This document shows, one piece after another, positions 1 to 10,207 of a stretch of DNA of 64,000 nt. Each line of letters begins with the position of its first letter. Within the stretch, counting starts at the first letter, position 1. Under the pieces are notes generated by a model, which was given only the letters and a program-made list of their open reading frames with translations, made no database searches and was not told the origin of the DNA. The DNA comes from Amoebophrya sp. A120 (Eukaryota; Protista; Dinoflagellata): contig CAJINV010000004.1 in the NCBI GenBank assembly GCA_905178155.1, positions 3,063,014-3,127,013 of the forward strand. Reading direction: 5' to 3'. The position numbers and the translations under genes are program-made.

Positions 1-1715
1 CGGACTCCTTGATCACCAGCTTGGCGGCCGGCTTTCCGCTTGGAGACTATGCACCATAAATTTCCCGCACGTGTACGTCAAAGTGCATCACAAGTAAGAA
101 TGGCACCAAATCAAAAACAACTTGTTATTCAGAACCAGAAAAGTTTGTCGTGCGGAAAACTACACATTTGTACGTCGTCTGCAGGAAATTTACTGAGCAT
201 AGGGAGCCCTTACCCTCAATGGCCTTCACGACGTCCTGGCCTTCGAGAACCTCGCCGAAGACCACATGCTTGCCGTCCAACCACGGAGTTTTGACCTGAT
301 CAAAATCAAATCAGGAGAATGGGATATAACAATTTCTGCAACAAGGAAGTGCATGGCCACAGATCAGCCCTCTAAACTCAACCAGTATGTAGGAGTAGTA
401 GTAGACAAATTTTTGCATGACTGGTGAGAAGTGTGATCTTCCTGTATTCATTTCTGTAGTACGCTAATATAGTACCGCACGATGCCTGCACCTGCTTGCT
501 GCTTGTGCCTAGTAAGTATCTTCCTATGGAAAATATGCGTTTGCGTATCAAAAGCAATATTAAAACAGCTGCCGTATCTATAAAAGAAGTACTGTGGTGA
601 TGAAGAACTGGGAGCCGTTTGTCCCGGGTCCGGCGTTGGCCATGGAGAGCAAGTACGGCTTTTTGTGCTTGTGCTTGAAGTTCTCGTCCTCAAACTTCTC
701 TCCGTAGATAGACTCCCCGCCCGGGCTATGAAGGTACAAAAGAACCTCCACTCATTTGTATTTGGCATGAACAACGATACAAGCGTCAGCAAGGGTTGAG
801 GCTTTGCATCACAAATTTGCACATCAGAAGACCGTAATGCCATGTGTTTAGGCTCCTGCAAGAACTTGCCATGCAAACAGTGCCAAGAGGAAAGGCGTGC
901 ATTATAGGTGCCTTGCATGACAAATGAGGGGGGTTGCGTGCACTCTCATACGTCCCATCGCCGTTGGTGAAGTCCCCGCCCTGAAGCATAAACTGCGGGA
1001 TCACCCGATGAAACGTGCTGCCCTGGTAGTGCAGCGGCTTGCCCATCTTTCCTTCGCCCTTCTCACCTTGTTTATTTGGGGTACTACGTCTGCATGATCT
1101 CGTACTTCTTCGCGATATTCAAACGAAAAAGCAAGTAAGTTGTAGCCTAGAAGCCCTGGTCTGATTCATCATCTGCGCAACAGTACACTACTTGTGCTGC
1201 ACAAGGTACCGGATGAAGTCCAACAAAATATTCCACCACGCGCTCTCGTGCAGCACCAGGATAGGTGGTATCAATGTAAACAATTTTACCTGTGCACAAT
1301 GCCCTGAAGTTTTCTGCAGTTTTTGGAACGCTCTTGCCGTACAGACCCATCACTATCCGACCTCCATCCTCACCGCCAAGTGTTACGTCGAAGTATACCT
1401 GATATGCACAAAAACTACACAATGTGATACTCATACTTATACTTATAGATCATTCCGGAGTTTTTGCAATCAAACACATCAAGAGTACTACAGCTGTGCA
1501 GCATCAAATAACCGTGACGCTACAACTAGTTACACCTCCCATGCAAAGAAAAGAACTTGGAGTCTGCTCTCGTAAATAAGCGAGAAGAGCGCATCAATCC
1601 TGTTCAGAAATAGAAGTACCTTGCTGGTAATCTTTGGTCCCTTCTTTTTCTTCTCGTCCGCGGCTACTCCACTAGCGGCGCCCAGAAAGGCGAGCAACTT
1701 GATGACTTGCCTCAT
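1..1715 (-). CDS. Cyclophilin-type peptidyl-prolyl isomerase with signal peptide (cyclophilin B-like), multi-exon, 3' end runs off the window
   Basis: Spliced exons read [32 protein letters not shown]|[37 protein letters not shown]|[38 protein letters not shown]|[15 protein letters not shown]...[18 protein letters not shown]|[19 protein letters not shown]. Three GT-AG introns and two TAT..ATA element introns. Confidence 0.95.
48..201. mobile_element. Introner-like TIR element (family B, degenerate) in cyclophilin
   Basis: TIR tatgcaccataaatttcccgc / gcaggaaatttactgagcata; flanks gagac/gggag (degenerate); removing element+5 nt gives [17 protein letters not shown]. Confidence 0.8.
727..950. 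mobile_element. Degenerate introner-like element in cyclophilin
   Basis: Ends tatgaagg / ctctcata; flanks cgggc/cgtcc; internal gcatcacaaa and gcatgacaaa; removing element+5 nt restores the conserved GDGTGGESIYG. Confidence 0.75.
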
Positions 1716-2991
1716 TTTCTGATAAAAGACTTCCCTTGCGAAGGCGTACACAAACGAGCTTTCGAAGAAATTATCGCTAGAATGTGTCTTAGTATGTGTT
1801 GTAACCCTTTCAGATAGTACAAAACAAAGGTCGCGATGTCAGTGAATGCTTACAATTCTTTCGCCAAAAAAAGTGTTGCAGTTTTTGAGTCGGACTTTGT
1901 CGCTGCTATGAAATCGGAGCGCAAAAAAAAATGTACGCAAAAAACGAAGTACATGATCTATCGTTCGCTTTACAACTACAGCGGAACAGCACGGCGAGAA
2001 CGTGTCATTATAGAAAGCTCGTGAACCTGTTGTGAACCGAGGGTGATCTAGTTCTTGAAGATAGGTAAAGATGATAGCTTGCGTGAAATATTCAGTAGAT
2101 CTTCCGAACCGCAGCGATCTCGAAAAGTGTAGTTCGGATACCGAAACTGATCCACCTTGATCCAAATCAGGTTACAATCTGCTTCATCATCATGAGCAGA
2201 TCGACGAGTCTAATACACTATTGCAGCGACACCGTGGAAGACAAGAGCGCTGTCTTCTTCTTCTACCCGTGTCCGCTCGTTTATTCTTTCTTCCTCATGA
2301 TGAGGAACAGTACAACTCAACTACAAGCTACTGCTACGTCGATGAGTGCCAGCTTTTTGTTTTCTACTTATGATAATTTACTTGTTGGATCTGGTGCGTT
2401 ACAGATTTTTCACTTGAAGTGTAGTGACATCCGAACACCATCATGACCAGACCGCCGAGGCTGCACCTTGCGTAGTTTCGAGTCGTCTTGTTCTGCCAGC
2501 AAATAGGTTGTTGATCCCGACGTGCTGAAATCTCCATACCCGGCGCAACGTGCGTTTCCCTTTGCTGATGCCCCTACGACAGGCTCGACGAAATCCCGAG
2601 GAAAGAAACATCGAATCAAGGGCACTTCGCACATGCTGCTTTTGCTGAGAATGTATCTCTTGCAGGGATGAAGTAGTACCGGTGAAAGAGTAAAAATAAA
2701 ATCAAAGTTCTTCTAGATGAAATGCAGGGTTGGAAAAATTCGCAATGTTGTCAAACAAACTCAAACACTTGCACACACATGTTACTGTTAGTTCATAGCT
2801 ACTAGTACTACAAGTAAAAAAACTGAAGCAAAAATGCACCACAAGATATCTTCTTTACAATAAATATATCTCCTATCGTCCCTAAGTGGTAGAGTTAATG
2901 CTGTACGTATAAAAAATTGCTTTTCTATTTCTCCTGTAGATCTAGATCCTCATGAATGATCTCCCGTCAAGAATAAACTCCCAAAAGTCTT

Positions 2992-3798
2992 TTAGATCCG
3001 CACTTCCCGTCCGGCAATGAGCAGCTGGTTTTCGCCCCGGCGGCCCTCTTCGTCGGAAGCGACAGTGCTGGTGACTCCGCTGCAGCACTGCGCATCTTGT
3101 TCTGGGTACGGTTTGCTGTTGCAGCCCTGCAACAAATGACCGGCTGCCCGACCGATGATCATGTCCTCTCCGGCCGCACTGGCTTGTCCTGCGGCCAGCG
3201 GCGTGTTAATAGAAGTAGCTCCTTTGTAGTTGTTCCCCGGCGGAGGTGTCCACCAGGAGCCGCAACAGAACACCTGCCGCCACTTGTTGGTGTTGCAGGC
3301 GATCATGCACATGACCACGGGGACTAGGATGACCACGCAGGGGACAAGTAGCTTCAAAAAGAACAAAAGGCCCTCGCTCAGATCCACCTCCAGACCCGAA
3401 TCCTCGGGGTTCTGCACCTCGTACACTTTCTGCAGGCCGCGCTGAAAGACCTTCACCTCCTGCCCGTCAATGGTCTGCGTGGACTGCAGCGAAATCTGCG
3501 GCACTTGTTGTTGCGGGTCGACGTGCGGCCCAGCAGTCGGGACCGTAGCAGCTGCATTAGTCGTTGCAGAAGAACCCGTGGTTGTGGTCCCGGTCGCGAT
3601 TGCGGCAGTTTGTGCCGCTTGCTGTGCGGCTGCGGCGTTCACGGGCGCGACTTGCTGTGCGGCTGAGAGAGTCGTGGCAGAAAGAACTGCTTGTTGTGTC
3701 GCGGGAGTTGTGCCATCTGCAGACGCCGGTGGCGCTGCCGTCGATAAAAGTGGCCCCTGCAGGAGCTGGAGGAGCGTGCTCACAAGATGCTCCACCAT
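2992..3798 (-). CDS. Hypothetical Ala/Thr-rich membrane protein
   Basis: 268-aa ATG-started ORF, hydrophobic N-terminus, one TM-like segment GLLFFLKLLVPCVVILVPVVMCMIAC. Confidence 0.7.
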   Translation of the reverse strand: MVEHLVSTLLQLLQGPLLSTAAPPASADGTTPATQQAVLSATTLSAAQQVAPVNAAAAQQAAQTAAIATGTTTTGSSATTNAAATVPTAGPHVDPQQQVPQISLQSTQTIDGQEVKVFQRGLQKVYEVQNPEDSGLEVDLSEGLLFFLKLLVPCVVILVPVVMCMIACNTNKWRQVFCCGSWWTPPPGNNYKGATSINTPLAAGQASAAGEDMIIGRAAGHLLQGCNSKPYPEQDAQCCSGVTSTVASDEEGRRGENQLLIAGREVRI

Positions 3799-5177
3799 TT
3801 TGATATTTTTCTCGACGAAACGAGAATTATAGATGCCGTTTAAAACTACCTGAGTAAAAAGTCAGCCCGTTAAAAATCTTTTCAATCAGAACGAGGAATT
3901 AGAAGAAACGAAGAGTAGACTACAAATATAAGAGAGTACTTATTGTTTGCATCTTTTGGAGCCGGGGGGGCCAGACACCAATACAAGAAGGATTTTGGAT
4001 TTATTGCGGTAACATAAATAATGTATGTGGGGGGCGGGGGAACAGCTGAAGGAATAATTATAGGCGCCATGACGACCTCGTATGTTCTAAATCATTCATC
4101 TTCATGCCAAGGAGACTAGACGGTGTCACGGCAACAATCGTACCAACTAGCTACCGACCGGATGGACAAGATCATCAACAACCGAGATGGAATGAATTGC
4201 TAAACAAATGCAAACAAACGGAGCAAAAGGAAGGAGAACGAGAACCGATTCGAGCATAAGTGTCCAGCACTGGCACGAGAATACGCTTCGATCTTCTATC
4301 CGCACGATTCGGTTGTAAAAGCACGCGTTGTAAACCAGATGAACGACACCACTTCACGATGCCGGAGCTGGACCGATGGCAAATACTTACTCCTTCGCTT
4401 CATCTGCGCGGGGAGTTCTTCCACGTAGTCTCTCGAACCGATGCAAAGCTTTTGTATCTGCTATCTATTCCTCGCTACGATTGATATGTTGCTTTTTTTT
4501 TATTCTTTCACCATGTTTTGATTCAAAACGAAAACCGAATATCTTGATAGGTCATTGATCAACGCAGTAGCGAAAATGGAATACGAAAGCGAGAGGAACG
4601 ACGTGATTCGAGTCACAGGAGCTCGTGCCTTGTGAGCCATAATGAAATCGAGACGCGAATAAATAAAACACACCCCCAGCATTGATTGATCATGAAGAAC
4701 ATCAAGACACGGCAAGCGCGTGAAAAACGCAGCTCCATACGCAAATTTTCGCGCACAGGAGCTCTGTCGTCGACATTAATAGGTAATTTCTTCTCGCGAA
4801 ATCCTCTCCTGCGGCTGATAGATTCCATTTATTGAAAATTATGAAAGTCATAGTATAGTTGCTTGTTGTAGATAAGTACGCATGTGGGATGAAGATGTTG
4901 ATGGAAAGATCGCATTGATCAATCGCTGGAAATGAAGCCGTATCTTCGTACAAATATGTAAAAGCGAAAGCAAACAGGAGAATCTTCAGGAGGAAAAAGG
5001 ACTCTCATATATGGAATGAGATGAAGAAGTTGTTTGATCTTTACCCGTGGTCTCATTGACGCCATCAGCTGCTGGACCCCGCTAGCACGACGTGGCCTCC
5101 TCTTCACGTACATCCTCACAAGTTCGGCGTGAAACTGAAAAAGTACGTAAACGTAAAGATAAAATCCATCTCCGCTT

Positions 5178-6590
5178 CTACTCCATCTCCGCATTTTTCC
5201 CGGTCATCGTTTGCAAATAGGTCTGCATCTCGGCGTCGGTCATTTGCGCCGCCGCGTTCTTTACCTCTTTCAAACGCTGCAACAATCCCCCGCAACGGGT
5301 GTCATCCACATTGTCCCCGATCTGGAAGCCCGTCTGTCGCACCTGGATGCTCTTCCCGTTGCTCGTGTTCTCGCGGGTTTTGCTGTCAAACTCTTGGCGG
5401 ATGCGGTCGTCAGACAGGGTCTCCACCTTGCACCGGACGAAGCTGATCTTTCCGCACATTTGCAGCAGCCGGAAGACCGCCAACCGCCGGTTGTCCAGGG
5501 ACCGCCAGCTGCCAGTAGCGGGGTCTTTCACAATGCGGATCATGGGGATCTGCCGCTTGTGCAGTTCCTGGCCCGCGATGGCCTCCGCCGTGTCCTGCAG
5601 AGTGAGCGATTTGTTCATATTCAACATTCCGGGCCCGCCAAACTCAGCCTGCTTGAAGTGGTTGGAAATGGACTGCTGGGTGAAGAGGATCTTGAAGGGT
5701 TCCAGTTCCTTGAATCCGGTACTCGTCGCGAGTCCGGCGCCCGCCTGGTTCCGCCCGGTCGTGCCGAGGCCGACCACGAGCCGCGGCTTGGCGCCCTCCC
5801 ACTTCCGCCACGAGGGGCAGCAGAAGTGGTTGCAGCGGTGCTGGCTGGAGAAGGTTTCGATCCCCAGCGCGCCGAGGTCGGCGGCGCCGTACTGTTCCTG
5901 CTTGCTGTTGATCGCCACGTCCGAAAAGGTGTACTCGTGTTGGACCTTCCCGCCCTGCAGGTCGCACAAGACCTCCTCCCCGTTGGACGCGTGGTAGGAG
6001 TAGTGCGAGAGCGCCTGGGCGACCAGCGCCTCCGGGGCCGTCGCGCCCGTGTTGGAGTTGAACTTCATGAAGTTCTCGATGAAGGGCTCCACCAGGACCA
6101 CACTCCCGCCAAAGTTCTTCTCGACGCGCGTCCGGATGCGGCCCTTGGGGTCGTCGGCCCTGCCGCAGCACATCCAGACCTCCGGAATGTTCATCTTCAG
6201 TGCCATCTGATTTTTCATACTCGGGAACTTTTGCGCGAAGTACTTCTGGAAACCGGCCAGGTAGGTCTTCGCCTTCTCCGCCGCCTTCACGTCGCCGTCG
6301 AGGGTGGCTTTCTCGTGCCCCGCCTTCAGCACCTTCCCGACGCACACGCCTTTGCCCTCGTCGTAGGTCCCCTTGCGCACGGTCTTCATTTCGCCCTCGC
6401 CGAGCACCGGGTTGGCGCTGGTTTGCACATGGTACCCGTGCGTGAACTTGTTACGGTTGGCGAAGTTTTCCGGGTCGAACTCGTCCGCATTGCGCTGCTT
6501 CTTCCGACCTTCCTCAATCTCCTCCCAGTCGCGCTGCCGCTTGGCCACCCGGGCGGCGGTGGACAAAGACTTCTTCTTGTTCGCCGGCAT
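5178..6590 (-). CDS. Alpha-kinase (eEF2K/MHCK family) with C-terminal ParB/Sulfiredoxin-like domain; intronless
   Basis: Alpha-kinase motifs LVEPFIENFMKFNSNTG, QALSHYSY, VLCDLQG, YGAADLG, HRCNHFC; C-terminal FTQQSIS...IRIV...WRSLDNRRLAVF; ATG at 6590. Confidence 0.88.
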   Translation of the reverse strand: MPANKKKSLSTAARVAKRQRDWEEIEEGRKKQRNADEFDPENFANRNKFTHGYHVQTSANPVLGEGEMKTVRKGTYDEGKGVCVGKVLKAGHEKATLDGDVKAAEKAKTYLAGFQKYFAQKFPSMKNQMALKMNIPEVWMCCGRADDPKGRIRTRVEKNFGGSVVLVEPFIENFMKFNSNTGATAPEALVAQALSHYSYHASNGEEVLCDLQGGKVQHEYTFSDVAINSKQEQYGAADLGALGIETFSSQHRCNHFCCPSWRKWEGAKPRLVVGLGTTGRNQAGAGLATSTGFKELEPFKILFTQQSISNHFKQAEFGGPGMLNMNKSLTLQDTAEAIAGQELHKRQIPMIRIVKDPATGSWRSLDNRRLAVFRLLQMCGKISFVRCKVETLSDDRIRQEFDSKTRENTSNGKSIQVRQTGFQIGDNVDDTRCGGLLQRLKEVKNAAAQMTDAEMQTYLQTMTGKNAEME

Positions 6591-7810
6591 GTTGAGTCCG
6601 TTGATAACCAAAGACGGCGAAAGCAATAAGTCTCTCCTCGCTACTAAAAATCTGGGATTGAGATTGTTTTACTTACTTTCAAAACAATACACGCAACTTC
6701 AGGTGAAAAACTTTAGTTTTCGCTCACGTTTGGAATTGGCATTTATGAGTGTATCTTTACAACAACCCCCAGAAGTACTAGCATCGTTCCGTTAGGAGCC
6801 CGGCTGAAGACATCGCTCGTTCTCATCCTCCAGTGTGTCAAAAGAAAAAGAGAACCGGTTAGCTGCGGGAAGAAAAAAACATGATCTTGATCGAACAGAT
6901 CTAGATTGCTAGTACTACGGATTTTCGACTTAAGTACTTTGGCCGTGCCAACGGAACACAGTAGACCAACTCGTGCAATTTGAGAATGAGCGGAAGTTCC
7001 CAGATTGATGAGCTACTGAATTTTGAGTAGCACTAGCAGCAACATCAGAGCAGCAGATGAGACACTCTTCATTTAGTCGAAGAAGTAACCTCCGACAGGC
7101 CCCGTTACTAAGATCCTCCTTCTGTCCTCCGGGGAAAAATGAGCTTTGATATTCTTCATATTCACTTTCTGTACAGCACAACGAACAGTACGGTGTATTT
7201 ATGCCTTGTTGGTTCAACACTGTCGTCCATCCTCCAATCAAAGTAAGTACCCGCACTGACGTTTTATGTTCAACATCCATCATGGAACATGACAAAAGCT
7301 GCAGCATATGAACATACGTCAGAAAAAAAAGACGTGGTCCCCTGCGGCCCGTACCATTGTCACGCGCCTGATGAAGCTCCTGGTCTTTTCTCGACGCAGG
7401 TCCGGAGGAGCAAGAGGATGTTGTTTTTGATGCGGTCTATAGCTTTACCAACAGGAGCAACTTCTTTTCTGCTTCTTGCGTTGCTCCTCACGTCGTCCCG
7501 ATTCCACCGTCCTCAGCAAACCCAGCTGCCTAGTGAAAAACTCAAGTCGACGGTCACCAGCACCGTCTTCCCAGCGAGGAGCCACGATTATCCACCACGA
7601 CCACGGGGCGGCTCTTCTTACGCGTAAACCGCGAGGTTGCGGCCCGCTTGCACGACCTGTCTGCATCTATCAACCCTGCGGACCAGTTCTAACCGACCGA
7701 GGAAACATTCATTTCCTGTCGCTGCCCACCACGACGACGACGCACTGCGCAACCCGATCTTCAACCGTTCGTCCTCCGACGCCTCCGCCTATTATAGTAC
7801 AACTCCAGTT

Positions 7811-9306
7811 TCAGAAGAACCCGGGTATGTTCCCGTACCCGTTTAGCTGTTTGTTCGCGTCCGGGTCTTCATGCAGGGAACTCAGCCCCTTGACGTTGCT
7901 CCCGCCGTGCTGCCCAGCGTCCAGGTCCGGGGTTAGGTGCAACCGTGGGAGGAACTTGTCAGGTATCACAGGAACAAGTGTTAACATTAACGGCATTTGT
8001 GATGCAGTAATGCATCACAAAACGTGCCCAAATTTGTCATGCATAGCATGCATACTAGGCAAAAACAAAATCTGTCATGCATATCTGCAACCTATGAAAA
8101 CCATTAACGTTAACACTTTTTTGTTGGTGGATATCAGGTTGGTGGTGCGGGTTGGTGTCGTTCATGAGCGGAGGACCCTCGAACAGGAAGCGAACGGCTA
8201 TGGCGTCCTCAAACGTTACATTCATCTCCACTGTAGCTACAAGTATGTTGTAATGGTGCAAGATCCGCTTCCGCATCAGTGAACGGGGCAAGCTTGCATT
8301 GCAACTCTCGCATGGCAAATTTTTCACGGATTGAGGCGCTGTCTAGCCCCTCGGGGATTTGTCATACGAGGTAGCTTGATCTTCGTCTGGCTCTGGCGGC
8401 TCATAGGTATTTTGCATGAAGACACATCATGTAACAGCTGAGAATGTAACGTTTGAGAATCCCATAAAGGACCCCTTTCTTTCCTCGTCTCGGCGTTCCT
8501 TGATGTTTATGCCCCCGATGGCCACTATGCATTGCAAATATGTCTGGGTCTGGACTGGAAAAGCGCGGACTTTGTCATGGTGTTTTTGCATGGCCCAGAA
8601 GCTCTGGCATGCAAGCAATCGCACCACTGGTTTTGAAGAGCTTTTCAATGCCACCTATTCCGCATGGTAAAATCCAGACTTTGATGCTAAGCAATAGGCT
8701 ACTTTTGTCTTCCAGTATGCATGCCAGAATTTTGTCTGATCCGAAATGCGGCGCAACACAAGCTTCATCAATCTTCCAGACCCAGAGATATTTGCAGCAG
8801 TGGATAGCCGCCCTGCGCTGCCGGTCGATCTCAAGCTCGAAGTCCTCCAAGGTGTTCCACGCACGCTCGATGTTTTTTCCCTCTCCACCGGGGAAGCCGC
8901 GCTTCAGCGGCGCAACGTCGTGAATGCGGTGGTTCAGGTTGTGGATGTTGTAGTTGGCGATGTCCTCCTCACTCAAATAACCCTCCGGGATCTGCTGCAT
9001 TTTGGCCAGCCGCGCGATCGCCTTCACGTACCCCGTTTTCGCGATTCGCAACCCAAGTTTCGTCTGCTCGAGGTCCTGCATGGCGGTGAGCGCCTTTTCG
9101 CGCAGGTACTGCAACAGAAACAGTTGGTCGTTGCACGCCTTCTCACTGCCACAGGGCGGGAACGCCGAGCCTCCCGCCTGCGTCAGCATGCAGTTCGGCG
9201 GTCGCCGGGCCATGCGCTGGGCCCACTCGAGTGGGAGTGTGCGAATGAACTCGCTCGGAATCCATTCCGGGCGAGGCGGAGGTATCAGGTCGATCTTGCT
9301 GGACAT
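7811..9306 (-). CDS. Hypothetical protein, 4 exons separated by three TIR-element introns
   Basis: Removing the three elements (+5 nt each) gives one frame: ...EIDRQRRAA|IGGINIKERRDEERKGS|FRFLFEGPPLMNDTNPHHQP|DKFLPRLHLTPDL...GNIPGFF*. Confidence 0.8.
7964..8133. mobile_element. Introner-like TIR element (single-copy family)
   Basis: TAT..ATA ends, inner IR agtgttaacattaacgg / ccattaacgttaacact, perfect TSD tcagg. Confidence 0.9.
8199..8466. mobile_element. Introner-like TIR element family C
   Basis: TIR tatggcgtcctcaaacgttacattc / gaatgtaacgtttgagaatcccata; flanks acggc/aagga (imperfect). Confidence 0.88.
8526..8806. mobile_element. Introner-like TIR element family A
   Basis: IR core tgcaaatatgtctgggtctgga / tccagacccagagatatttgca; flanks gccac/gccgc. 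Confidence 0.88.
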
Positions 9307-10207
9307 ACCTAGCTGCAGGACTTAGCAGTGAAAAGTAGTTTATTTCATTTGTTTCTTAGCGCGCCGTCTAAGTCTATTCTTTAAGGAGGAACGACTTTTT
9401 GCGTCTCAGGGTCTAGTCTCATCTTGTTCACCCGATCACTTATATTTTGGTGTAAATCTAAATTGTCTTTTTCACGAGGATCTTCCTCGGATTCGGCTCG
9501 TTGTTCGCAGCGCGACTTCGTCAGACTGTGGCCCGAAGACGGCAGCGATTTAGTCACGACGACGTCGATGTTGCGAGCGTCGACTTTAGCGATGGCGATG
9601 GAGAGATGAAGATAACCATGAAGCCGCCGCCGGCGGCTTAGGCTTTACTTATTTTCTTCTACGCGATTTTATTTCGTGTATACTTTTTTTTTTTTTGAAA
9701 AGTTTTTCACTTCAAAAACAGAAAACGAAAAGTGTAAAGTTCGACTTTTAACACGAGGATTAGAAGCTCAACAACCACGATATCTACGATATTACGATTG
9801 ACGAGCAACATGGATCAGTCAAGGAACAAGTAGAAATAGGGACATCAATAGGGACATCAATATCGATGATCTGGTCTCCCTCCGCAGCAGTAGCAGTTCA
9901 TGTTTTTGTTTTTCGGCTTTCGTCTTCACGTGCACCATCACAGCACGCGGGGGATAAAGAAGAACAAGAACTTCTCGTTCTTCTTTATCCCCCATAAATG
10001 CGCATGCGGAGGTACACTTCCTCAAACTTCGACTGTAGCGCGGGTTCGGTTTGATATTTAATGGAGAAAGACCGCTGGGACTCCTAGCAGCTACAGCGAG
10101 TAAGTACGACCACGAGCAGCGAAGCGATACCGATTGTGGTGGAGACGAAAATTTTAAAATGAAATTCCCAGTCTTGTTGCAGTTCTTGTGACTCCTTCTT
10201 GTTCCAT

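Noticed and set aside
5211-6629. 472-aa plus-strand ORF overlapping the alpha-kinase
   Set aside because: Antisense shadow expected from GC3-rich codon usage; no recognisable motifs.
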